DNA from: Candidatus Latescibacterota bacterium
Lineage (GTDB): Bacteria; Latescibacterota; UBA2968
Length of the DNA stretch: 64,000 nucleotides
Reading direction: 5' to 3'
Assembly (NCBI GenBank): GCA_965207885.1
Contig: OZ242311.1
Coordinates: 2,944,001-3,008,000 of the forward strand
The notes below the pieces were generated by a model, which saw only the letters and a program-made list of their open reading frames with translations, was not told the origin of the DNA and ran no database searches. Each line of letters begins with the position of its first letter. Position 1 is the stretch's first letter. Of the stretch, positions 9,844-18,826 are shown piece by piece. The position numbers and the translations under genes were made by a program.

Positions 9844-11268
9844 ATGAAGCGTAGAGAGTTTCTCGGTGTCGTCGGTGCTGGTGTCTGTGGGGTGGCGGTG
9901 GCCAATGCGTTTGGTCAAATTACGTCTAAGCGTTCCAAACAACCCAATTTTATTTTTATGGTTTCTGACGATCAGGGGTGGGATGGCCTTTCGGTGCAGA
10001 TGCACGATGCAGTTGCTGGCTCAAAGAGCGACTTTTATCAGACGCCTAATCTCGAGAAATTGGCACAACAGGGCATGCGTTTTTCGGCTGCTTATTCGCC
10101 TGCACCCGTCTGTGCGCCAACGCGATGCAGCCTTCAAACGGGCAAGAGTCCGGCAAAGAACCACTGGACAACGGTAGCCCCTCTCCAGGGTGCCGCGGAG
10201 AACCATAAACTCGTCCCGCCGATACATGGCAGAAATCTTGCCAAGGGTGAGACGACGATTGCCGAAATGTTGAAACAGGCTGGTTATGCCACGGCACATT
10301 ATGGCAAATGGCATCTCGGTGGTGGTGGTCCTGGAAATCACGGGTATGACGTACACGATGGAAATACGGGGAATCAGGATGCGGCGCCTCATGTCGATCC
10401 CAATCCGGTGGATATTTTCGGTATGTCCAGACGTGCGAATGCGCTTATGGAAGAGAATACGAAAGCCGGTAAGCCGTTCTTTATTCAGCTATCTTATTAT
10501 GCCCTGCACTATCCTCAGAATGCACTGGCAAGTACGCGGCAGGCATATGAAAATCGACTGAGAGGGCGCAGCTATCGAGAGATCAACCGTGCAGCCATTA
10601 CTGAAGATCTCGACACAGGTGTGGGTATGGTCATGGATCAAGTTGAGAAACTCGGCATAGGTGATCACACGTATCTGATTTACATGTCGGATAATGGTGC
10701 TGGCGGAAGAGGTCGGGGTATGTTGCGCGGTGGAAAAGGGTCTTTGTGGGAGGGAGGCATTCGCGTGCCGTTGATCATTCAGGGACCTGGTATAGAGCCA
10801 AATACGTTTTGTGATGAACGCGTGGTCGGTTTTGATCTATTTCCCACGCTTTGCGAACTGGGAGGCGTGAGCCCGCCGTTGCCAGTGGGTATTGAGGGGG
10901 GGAGTATCACATCGTTATTATCTGGTGGCGAGGGTGTGGTGGAGAGACCTCGTGAGGAGCTTGTGTTTCATTTTCCGCATTATCAAAGTGGGGATGGCCC
11001 ACATTCGGCAATCATGTTGGGCGATTACAAGCTGATCAAACTTTATGAGACCGATAAATTGCACCTGTTTGATCTGAGTAAGGATATAGGTGAGGAGAAT
11101 GACTTAGCAGATCGTAAACCAGAAGTTGTTGAGAAATTGCACGACCGACTGAATGAATATTTAGTATCTGTTGATGCCCAAATGCCCCAGCCCAATCCGT
11201 ATTACGATCCGAGTTGGCCGGTCGGCGGGCGAAGGGGGAGAAATAATCGGAGGAGAAGAACGCAGTAG
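9844..11268 (+). CDS. Tat-exported Cys-type sulfatase, paralog of 3087-4652, Arg-rich tail
   Basis: KRREFL Tat signal, CAPTR, GKWHLG; ends GGRRGRNNRRRRTQ. Confidence 0.93.
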   Translation: MKRREFLGVVGAGVCGVAVANAFGQITSKRSKQPNFIFMVSDDQGWDGLSVQMHDAVAGSKSDFYQTPNLEKLAQQGMRFSAAYSPAPVCAPTRCSLQTGKSPAKNHWTTVAPLQGAAENHKLVPPIHGRNLAKGETTIAEMLKQAGYATAHYGKWHLGGGGPGNHGYDVHDGNTGNQDAAPHVDPNPVDIFGMSRRANALMEENTKAGKPFFIQLSYYALHYPQNALASTRQAYENRLRGRSYREINRAAITEDLDTGVGMVMDQVEKLGIGDHTYLIYMSDNGAGGRGRGMLRGGKGSLWEGGIRVPLIIQGPGIEPNTFCDERVVGFDLFPTLCELGGVSPPLPVGIEGGSITSLLSGGEGVVERPREELVFHFPHYQSGDGPHSAIMLGDYKLIKLYETDKLHLFDLSKDIGEENDLADRKPEVVEKLHDRLNEYLVSVDAQMPQPNPYYDPSWPVGGRRGRNNRRRRTQ

Positions 11269-11502
11269 TCTTTGTCCTTCTATCCACTTCATCTATCATA
11301 GGTATTACGTCAACGCCTTTAAAGCGTCCTTATGCCATTAAAAGACAGGCTAACACGCTACGCTGCGCCAACTTGCGCGGCGTATTCTTTTTTAAAAACG
11401 GACTTACGCAATCAACCACAAAAAAACGCAAGTGAACGATGTACAACTGCGTAGCAGTTCATTTGAGCGTTTTACAGCGCGGCGGACAGATGGGCAAGTG
11501 GT

Positions 11503-11586
11503 ACATATCTTTCACATTACCGCCCATTCATCGCTCAAAATGTGCAGAGACTGTTCTGAGCCAAATAGACAATCCTTAAATTCAAG
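11503..11586 (+). promoter_or_regulatory. Conserved non-coding blocks shared with the leader of the second Rpn gene (candidate enhancer)
   Basis: ACATATCTTTCAC..TCATCGCTCAAAATGT and GAGCCAAATAGACAATCCTTAAA recur on the minus strand at 18531-18636. Confidence 0.65.
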
Positions 11587-11675
11587 TTGAAAAAAAGGGC
11601 GCAATACAGCATATTGAAGGCATAATAAGGGTATTTGATGCTGTCCATACCATTTGTCGTGCGATTCTGTGACAT

Positions 11676-11691
11676 TGGCCTGATATTTGCT
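11676..11691 (+). promoter_or_regulatory. Sigma54 (-24/-12) promoter candidate
   Basis: TGGCCTGATATTTGCT fits TGGC-N7-TTGCW spacing, about 60 bp before the Rpn ATG. Confidence 0.65.
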
Positions 11692-11750
11692 TGAGTTCTG
11701 ATTGTTGCGTTTGTCCAAAATACGACCAACCCTCAGACCAGACATCTCAC

Positions 11751-12701
11751 ATGGCAGAATTCGATACGATATCCAAACACCTGATTCAGAAATATCCCGA
11801 CGACTTTGCCAGCTTCACCCTCGGGAGCGAGGACATTGAAGTTCTTGCTGTCATTGACACAGAGCAATACACTGTTGAAGCACGCCAGACCGATAGCCTG
11901 ATTCGCGTGCGTATGGGTGACGAGGAGGTATTGGTCCACAACGAGTTTCAAACCACTGACAGCACCAATCCTCCTATGCCACGCCGCATGGCGGGCTATA
12001 TTGGACATGCTATTCGGCAACACGGCCTGCCGATATATTCCAATGTCATCTACCTGCGTCCGGATGCAGGGCAACGCGATCTCGGGTACTATGTCCAGGA
12101 GCATCTCGACTACGAAATCACGATTCGGTATCGCGTGATCAGACTGATTGAGATAGAAGGCGAGCGTGTCCTCAGTGCGGGGCAATCGGGCCTGATCCCA
12201 TTCACGCCATTGATGAAGCCACCTGAAGGGATGGCCTCGGATGTATGGTTGCATCAGTGTATTCACACGGCTCGGACGCGCCCCATCATTCGGTCATCCA
12301 GGGCCGATTATCTCGCAGGTATGGTGGCGTTGAGCGAATTGGTATATGAGTCTGAAGTCATTTCTGCTATTATTTTACAGGAGGGCATCATGGACTTGAT
12401 CCGCGAATCATCTCTTTTTCAATCCCTTACCCAGAAAAGCCGAGAGGAAAGTTTTGAACAGGGCAGAGAGGAAGGCAGAGAGGAGGGCATTGAGCAAGGC
12501 ATTGAGCAAGGGGGTAGAGAACGCGCTATTGAGGATATCCTCGACGTGCTGGAGATTCGATTTGATCTCCGCCAGATAGATCCCTTATCTGCTCGCATTT
12601 CAGCTATTGAAGATTTACAACGCCTCAAGCAGTTGCACCGTGCGGCGATACAGGTGTCCAATCTTGATGAATTTGAACGCATGTTAGATTCAACGACGTG
12701 A
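11751..12701 (+). CDS. Rpn/YhgA-like PD-(D/E)xK nuclease ('putative transposase')
   Basis: FDTISKHLI..YP, RQTDSLI, HNEFQT, MPRRMAGY; EQGREEGREEGIEQG repeats; internal AGGAGG-N5-ATG at 12390. Confidence 0.85.
   Translation: MAEFDTISKHLIQKYPDDFASFTLGSEDIEVLAVIDTEQYTVEARQTDSLIRVRMGDEEVLVHNEFQTTDSTNPPMPRRMAGYIGHAIRQHGLPIYSNVIYLRPDAGQRDLGYYVQEHLDYEITIRYRVIRLIEIEGERVLSAGQSGLIPFTPLMKPPEGMASDVWLHQCIHTARTRPIIRSSRADYLAGMVALSELVYESEVISAIILQEGIMDLIRESSLFQSLTQKSREESFEQGREEGREEGIEQGIEQGGRERAIEDILDVLEIRFDLRQIDPLSARISAIEDLQRLKQLHRAAIQVSNLDEFERMLDSTT
12462..12512 (+). repeat. 12-bp coding tandem repeats (GREE/GIEQ)
   Basis: GGCAGAGAGGAR x2 then GGCATTGAGCAA x2. Confidence 0.75.
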
Positions 12702-12702
12702 T

Positions 12703-14433
12703 ATGAAAAAAATATCATCCATCCCAATTTACACCATCGGTTACGGTAGCCGTTCCATTGAGCAATTCATCGAAGTACTACAACAACATGAAATTGCCTA
12801 CCTTATTGATGTGCGCTCAACTCCCTATTCTCGCTATAAACCCGAATTTTCCAAAGAGGCACTGGAGGTGAAGCTGCAACAGCACCAGATTCGGTATGTG
12901 TTCATGGGGGACACGTTGGGCGGGCATCCCGATGACGAAACTTGTTATGATGCGAAAGGGCAGGTGGATTACGAAAAGGTAAAGGAGATCGAAGTCTATC
13001 AGATGGGAATTGAACGTCTCCAAACAGCCTTTGCTCAACAACAATGTATTGCTCTCATGTGTAGCGAGGGAAAACCGGAACACTGCCATCGAAGCAAACT
13101 CATCGGAGCATCGCTCACGGCTCAGGATCTCCCCGTGATTCATATTGACGAAAACGACGAGCAGCAGACGCAGGATGACGTTATTGAGCGTCTGACAAAA
13201 GGACAAATGCTTCTGTCAGCCCAAGAGGTGCTCAAAGACGTTTTTGGGTATGAACAGTTCCGACCTTTGCAGGAGACAATAATCAGCCACATTCTCAACC
13301 GGCACGATGCGCTGATCGTTCTGCCAACGGGGGGTGGGAAGTCACTCTGCTATCAACTGCCCGCCCTTATCTTCAATGGCGTAACGGTTGTCGTATCTCC
13401 GTTGATTTCGCTTATGCAAGACCAGGTAATGCAGTTGCAACAGCGGGATGTTTGCGCCGCTTTTCTCAACAGTACCCTTAGCCAGCGAGAATATGTTGCC
13501 ACAATGCAGCGTGTCAAAAGGGGTGAAATTAAGCTACTTTACGTTGCGCCTGAAACGCTCCTGCGACCTGAGATTTTGTTGATGCTCGATGAGTCACATG
13601 TAGCCTGCCTTGCAATTGATGAAGCACACTGTATTTCACAGTGGGGCCACGATTTTCGTCCAGAGTATCGACAACTGGTTTCCGTTCGTGAACGATTCAG
13701 GAACGCTGTCTGCGTCGCGCTGACAGCTACTGCCACGCCACGGGTTCAGCAGGACATTAAACAATTGCTCAAAATTCAGGTGGAAAATGAATTCATTGCC
13801 AGTTTTGACCGGAAAAATCTCTTCATGGGTATTGAATTGAAAGAGGCGGTGCTACAGCAGACGCTTGCATTTCTCAATACCCATCGTGATGAATCCGGTA
13901 TCATCTATTGCCAGACGAAGAAACAAGTTGAATCGCTGTTTCGCAATTTAATTGAACGTGGGATTCCGGCACTTCCTTATCATGCAGACCTGGATAGCGA
14001 AACCCGCAAGCAGAATCAGGAAGCTTTCATCAACGGGGACATTCAGGTGATAGTTGCAACAATTGCTTTTGGAATGGGGATTGATAAAGAAGATGTACGT
14101 TTCATACTACATATAGGATTGCCAAAGGAACCTGAGTCTTACTATCAGGAGATTGGACGTGCTGGCCGAGATGGACATCAAGCGGATTGCCTTTTACTGT
14201 TCAATCACGGCGACGTTGACACCATCAAATATTTCATAGATCAAGGTGCGCCATCTGAACGAGAAGGAGCTTTGAAACGATTACAGACGCTTGTTGATTG
14301 GGCGACTTCTGCAGCGTGTCGCCGCAAAGGATTATTGGCTTATTTCGGAGATCATTACGAAGAACAAAATTGTGGAATGTGTGATAACTGTCGCCAGGCG
14401 GAAATGGAGCGAGTTGACCTAGGTAGTGTCTGA
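12703..14433 (+). pseudogene. recQ: DUF488-RecQ helicase fusion truncated by IS5 after the Zn-binding region
   Basis: N-terminal IYTIGY..LIDVRS.PYS..MCSE...CHR (DUF488); LPTGGGKS, DEAHCISQWGHDFRPEY, QEIGRAGRDG, CRR...CGMCDNC; IS begins at 14422, winged-helix and HRDC domains absent. Confidence 0.88.
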
Positions 14434-15358
14434 AAAGTCGTAAAGTATGTATTTTAGTTGCAGCATACGCCCTAAACCAAGGAGTATGATATGCAACGGA
14501 GATATGAACTGCGCGACGAGGCTTGGCATCTGATCCAAGACCTGTTCCCACCGCCGAAGAAGATGGGTCGTCCCCGTCGGGATGATCGTACATTATTCAA
14601 CGGGATCTTCTGGATATTGTGTTCAGGTGCAGCTTGGCGCGACCTGCCAGAACGATATGGTCCTTGGCAGACAGCCTTTGACCGATTCTGCAAATGGAAA
14701 CAGGATGGCACCTTTGATCGCATTGTAGAAAAGCTACATCTCAAATTGGGTGAAGATGGTCTTTTAGATTATGCGACCTGGATGATGGATGCAACCCATA
14801 TTCGAGCCACACAAGCCGCGGCAGGAGCGAAAAAAAAAGGGCAAAAAGGGTGAAGAAGAGCCCCCAGATCACGCTTTAGGACGCTCTCGTGGCGGTTTGA
14901 CCACGAAAATCCATCTTCTTTGCGATGCAGTCGGGCATCCTTTAGCAGTGGATCTTCTCCCTGGTAACCAGTCAGAATCCACACAGGCTGAAAGGCTACT
15001 GTCAAAGGTATGCATACCCACCAAACGAGGGCGTCCAAGAAACCGACCCAAGTATCTGGTAGCTGATAAATCTTATGATGTCTCACGCATCAGAGTCTAT
15101 CTACGCAAACGGGGTATCAAGGCTGCTATCCCAAACAAGGCGATTCCCAAAGGCAGAAAACGGCGTAAGAGAGGACCACGGCCTAAGTGTGATAAAAGAT
15201 TATATGCCAAACGCAATATCGTGGAGCGTCTCTTTGGTTGGCTTAAACACTGCCGACGGATTGTGACCCGATTTGAAAAAAAGGCGACTCATTTTCTCAC
15301 TATGGTCAAGCTGGCCTGTATCAGACAACTCTTCAAAGCTTACTTTTCAGACACTACC
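14422..15358 (+). mobile_element. IS5-family insertion sequence, copy 2, 937 bp
   Basis: Same TIRs, TA flanks, internal ORF translations identical to copy 1. Confidence 0.95.
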
Positions 15359-15361
15359 TAA
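14491..15361 (+). CDS. IS5 transposase (OrfA 14491-14853 + OrfB 14789-15361, -1 frameshift)
   Basis: Identical to copy 1; GCGAAAAAAAAAGGG slippery site; stop is target TA+A. Confidence 0.93.
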
Positions 15362-15611
15362 AGAATTCGATCTGGATAGATACAACGATTCTCCGTATGG
15401 CATCACGTATGCGAACAACCGATTCTATGTGGTTGATCGGCCAGATGCTAAGGTCTATGTGTACACCAGTGACGGACAGCGGGTGGCAGAGGCAGACTTT
15501 TTTTTGGATATCGGCAACGGTTATCCGAGTGGTATCACATATGCGAACAACCGACTCTATGTGGTTGATTCGGAGAATAAGAAGGTCTATGTGTACACGG
15601 GTTCCGAATAA
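15359..15611 (+). pseudogene. C-terminal fragment of an NHL-like beta-propeller repeat protein
   Basis: Two 44-aa repeats P.GITYANNR.YVVD....KVYVYT (132-bp period); no start codon, cut by the IS. Confidence 0.7.
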
Positions 15612-15623
15612 AACATCGGAGGA

Positions 15624-17399
15624 ATGAATAGGAGAGTACATGGCCCGAACGTTCTTATTTTTTTTATTCTCACAGCGCCCGCCCGTGCAGATACAATAAT
15701 ACCAGGTATTGAAAGCGTCTTGTACGAAGTCTATCAGGACTGGCAATCTCAAAAATATGCTCGTGCGAAACAGACGCTCAATCAATACGATACTGAATTG
15801 GTGCAATCCAATAGGGTTATAGTTACACTTGAACCCGATTCAATAGGGCACTCTAAAACAATCAATACTGACGAACTCGAAGAAATCCAAGCCAAGATTC
15901 TGGCACGTTCTCGAAGCCTCTTAAGAGTCTCTGTACCGATACCCAAGCTCCCGAGACTGACACAAGTTTCAGGCGTCAATTTGGTACGAACACCGATGCG
16001 TCCGATATTAAACGCGGTTGAAGGCGAAGGTTTCCAGTTGATTCAGGCATTAAAATTTCATAATGCTGGACACATGGGCGAAGGGGTGAAAATTGCTGTT
16101 TTAGACGGAGGATATGCTAAATCTCAAGAAGCACAGTCTAATGGCGACCTCCCACCAAATTTCAGTGTCATAGGTTATTCGCCGAACAATGAGCGCCATG
16201 GAACCGGTTGTGCCGAAATTATTTATGACATAGTGCCTGAAGCGTTGTTATTACCATTTCAATATGATGATTTTCTGGAGTTTGAAAACGCAGTTGACAC
16301 AGCAATCCAAAACGACATAGATATTATCTCTTATTCTGGTGGATGGGTTGATGGTTGGGGTGACGGTAAGGGACGGTCTTGTGAGATTGTAAAACGTGCG
16401 TATCAGAACGGGATTTTATGGGTTAATGGCATTGGGAATGAAGCCAAAAATTTCTATCGCGGACGCTTTCAAAGTACCGATGGCGACAGAGATCATGACT
16501 TTGGAGGTGAATACGATGCGATTCAGATCAAGAATGTCAGCGTGGGAGATGAGATTCGTATAGCTTTGGTGTGGGATGACTTTCCTCGGACTTCAGAAGA
16601 CTATGACATGTATCTGTGGAAGTCAGTATTGGGAAGCAATGCGAGAGTTGACAGGTCTATAACGACGCAAAGAAATTCAAAACCGTTTGAGTCTATTGAA
16701 TATACTGTTACAGATGCGGGACTCTTTACAAGCTATCATATTCAAATTGTAAAATCTGCTTCTGCTCGACCTATGGACTTTAAAATTATCAGCCTAAATC
16801 ACAACTTATCAGAAGAATTTGTCACGCCTCGTGGGTCTCTTATTAACCCTTCTGATTCCGAGTATGCTGTATCGGTGGGAGCTATCAGATCGAGTCGATA
16901 TATTTATGGGCCTCAAGAAGATTACAGCTCGCAAGGTCCTACAATGGACGGCAGAATAAAGCCTGATATCATGGGGCCAACAGGCGTGAAAACGTATGCT
17001 TACGGCTCACAGGGTTTTCATGGAACCTCCGCCGCAACTCCGCATGTTGCTGGCGCAGCAGCGTTGATACTCTCGGCGAATTCCGAATTAACGGTTTCGG
17101 AACTTCGCAACAAATTGTTTGAGGCTACAGTTGACATGGGAAGCCCTGGGAAGGACAATATTTATGGTCATGGCCGATTGGATTTATCGCCGATAGATAT
17201 AACGCCTCCTGTCTTTCATGCAGGAGATTTTGACGGCGATTTGGATGTAGATATTTTAGATTTGTTGGCTTTTTCAGAGGTCTATGGGCTTACGTCGTCA
17301 GACCCGAATTATGATGCCCGTATGGATATGGACAACAATGGTGTCATTGATGTGTTAGACCTTCTGCTGTTTGCGGAAGTTTATGGAAAAACGTACTAA
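15624..17399 (+). CDS. Secreted S8 subtilisin-like protease with C-terminal dockerin/EF-hand-like module
   Basis: KIAVLDGG, HGTGCA, GTSAATPHVAGAAAL; GDFDGDLDVDILDL...DMDNNGVIDVLDL. Confidence 0.9.
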   Translation: MNRRVHGPNVLIFFILTAPARADTIIPGIESVLYEVYQDWQSQKYARAKQTLNQYDTELVQSNRVIVTLEPDSIGHSKTINTDELEEIQAKILARSRSLLRVSVPIPKLPRLTQVSGVNLVRTPMRPILNAVEGEGFQLIQALKFHNAGHMGEGVKIAVLDGGYAKSQEAQSNGDLPPNFSVIGYSPNNERHGTGCAEIIYDIVPEALLLPFQYDDFLEFENAVDTAIQNDIDIISYSGGWVDGWGDGKGRSCEIVKRAYQNGILWVNGIGNEAKNFYRGRFQSTDGDRDHDFGGEYDAIQIKNVSVGDEIRIALVWDDFPRTSEDYDMYLWKSVLGSNARVDRSITTQRNSKPFESIEYTVTDAGLFTSYHIQIVKSASARPMDFKIISLNHNLSEEFVTPRGSLINPSDSEYAVSVGAIRSSRYIYGPQEDYSSQGPTMDGRIKPDIMGPTGVKTYAYGSQGFHGTSAATPHVAGAAALILSANSELTVSELRNKLFEATVDMGSPGKDNIYGHGRLDLSPIDITPPVFHAGDFDGDLDVDILDLLAFSEVYGLTSSDPNYDARMDMDNNGVIDVLDLLLFAEVYGKTY

Positions 17400-17421
17400 G
17401 GATAGCCCGATGTTCACCAAA

Positions 17422-17497
17422 CAAATACCCCTGTCTGATTATTTTGGACAGGGGGTATTTGCCTGCCCGCCTATCTGCTGACAGGCAGCGGGCGGGC
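17422..17497. terminator. Paired hairpins between convergent genes (likely bidirectional terminator)
   Basis: CAAATACCCCTGTC...GACAGGGGGTATTTG then GCCTGCCCGC...GCGGGCGGGC. Confidence 0.55.
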
Positions 17498-17549
17498 GTG
17501 ATGGCGCGATCACAGATCGCCCATTTCAATTTATCTTATTGGTTCGCCT

Positions 17550-18368
17550 CTATTTTTTGCCATTTTCCTCTTTCAATACAGAACGGATGGCTTCCATATC
17601 AATATCTGGATACGTCTTTTGAATGGCTGCAAATATTTCTCTCTGTCCTTCTTCTCGGCCTTCTTCTCGGCCTTCTTCTCTGGCTTGTTTCATGATGTAT
17701 TGTGCAAAAGATGATTCGCGCATAATCGCATCCATAAGACCCTCCTGGGATAAAATACGACTAATCGTGGCTGGCGCATACGCTAATCCACTCAATATCG
17801 TCAACCCACCCAAAATGTCAACCTTTATTGATTCTTCCAACGGCAAAGCTCTCGCAGCATCAATACACGACTGTAACCACGCTTCAGAATCCATTTCATC
17901 AGGACGTTTCATCAATGGCGCAAATGGAAGCAATCCCGCGTGTCCTTCATTGAGAATGTGCTGTCCTTCGATCTCGATCAGTCTGATCACGCTATATTGG
18001 AAGAGAAGACGATGACCTGGCAGGTTTTGGATATAGTGTCCCGGATCGTTCTTTCCCGCATTGGGACGCAAGTAGATCACGCTGGAATAGATCGGCAAGT
18101 GATGCGTCTCAATGGCTCTGATGGTATAGCCGGCCATCCGAATGGGCATTGTCGGATCGGTAGTGGTTTGAAATTCGTGATGTACCAATGCCTCTTCACC
18201 TGCAATCTGAACTTTGATGAGGCTGTCCATGTGATGTGTTTGTGTTGTTGGTTGTTCTGTGTCGAGAATGTCGAGAAATTGGACGTCGTCTCGTTGGAGA
18301 GAGAGTCGGATGAAGTCTTGAGGGTAGGTTTGGATGAAGTGTTTTGAGATGGTGTCGTATTGGGGCAT
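17550..18368 (-). CDS. Rpn/YhgA-like PD-(D/E)xK nuclease, second paralog
   Basis: YDTISKHFI..YP, HMDSLI, HHEFQT, MPIRMAGY; REEG repeats; internal AGGAGG-N5-ATG at 17735. Confidence 0.85.
   Translation of the reverse strand: MPQYDTISKHFIQTYPQDFIRLSLQRDDVQFLDILDTEQPTTQTHHMDSLIKVQIAGEEALVHHEFQTTTDPTMPIRMAGYTIRAIETHHLPIYSSVIYLRPNAGKNDPGHYIQNLPGHRLLFQYSVIRLIEIEGQHILNEGHAGLLPFAPLMKRPDEMDSEAWLQSCIDAARALPLEESIKVDILGGLTILSGLAYAPATISRILSQEGLMDAIMRESSFAQYIMKQAREEGREEGREEGQREIFAAIQKTYPDIDMEAIRSVLKEENGKK
17647..17680 (-). repeat. 12-bp coding tandem repeat (REEG x3)
   Basis: CCTTCTTCTCGG x2 plus CCTTCTTCTC. Confidence 0.85.
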
Positions 18369-18441
18369 GTGCTCGCCTTTGGTCTGTATATTTCTGAGGC
18401 GGGCGAAAGATGTTTCGCCGTCCCGTAACCCTCAGACCTTA

Positions 18442-18457
18442 TGCAAACCTTATGCCA
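18442..18457 (-). promoter_or_regulatory. Sigma54 (-24/-12) promoter candidate
   Basis: Minus strand reads TGGCATAAGGTTTGCA, about 75 bp before the Rpn ATG. Confidence 0.7.
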
Positions 18458-18530
18458 ATGGCCTGGAATTGGGCGATGAATGGCAGGATAAGACGCGCTA
18501 ATCTCCTTATTTTTCTTCAGTTATTGATCA

Positions 18531-18636
18531 CTCAATTTTAAGAATTATCTATTGACTCGGATCAGCCTCAGTGCAAATGTGAGGCAAAAAAGTGTACATT
18601 TTGAGCGATGATTGAGTAGAGAAGTGAAAGATATGT
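18531..18636 (-). promoter_or_regulatory. Conserved non-coding blocks shared with the leader of the first Rpn gene
   Basis: Minus strand ACATATCTTTCAC..TCATCGCTCAAAATGT and GAGTCAATAGATAATTCTTAAA. Confidence 0.65.
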
Positions 18637-18826
18637 GTTCGAATGTAGAGCGAAAAATGCCAGCCTTTATTGATTCATATTGTGCTGACATAGCGCAATT
18701 GCCTGTTGTTTTTTTCTATGACTATCGAGTTTATTTTTATAGGTTTATCATTATATTGCCTACCTTTGTGCCGTGAACTGGTCTGGACTGCGACCAGTTG
18801 TACACCGCCCGTGGATAATTATCGCC

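Noticed and set aside
11322-11338. Minus-strand TGGCATAAGGACGC as another sigma54 promoter
   Set aside because: GG-to-GC spacing is one base short and TTGC is missing
11398-11460. ACGGACTTACGCA resembling a MITE/IS terminal repeat
   Set aside because: Only a partial complement (TGCGTA) nearby, no TSD and no second copy in the window
2660-15400. Inversion between the IS5 copies as the explanation for mismatched flanks
   Set aside because: recQ joined to the reversed left flank stops after 13 codons with no RecQ-like sequence; the NTase-to-NHL join is in frame but links unrelated domains. The outer-flank join fits better.
15401-15600. Direct repeats resembling a CRISPR array
   Set aside because: Only two units with a 132-bp in-frame period; they are protein repeats and no cas genes are present
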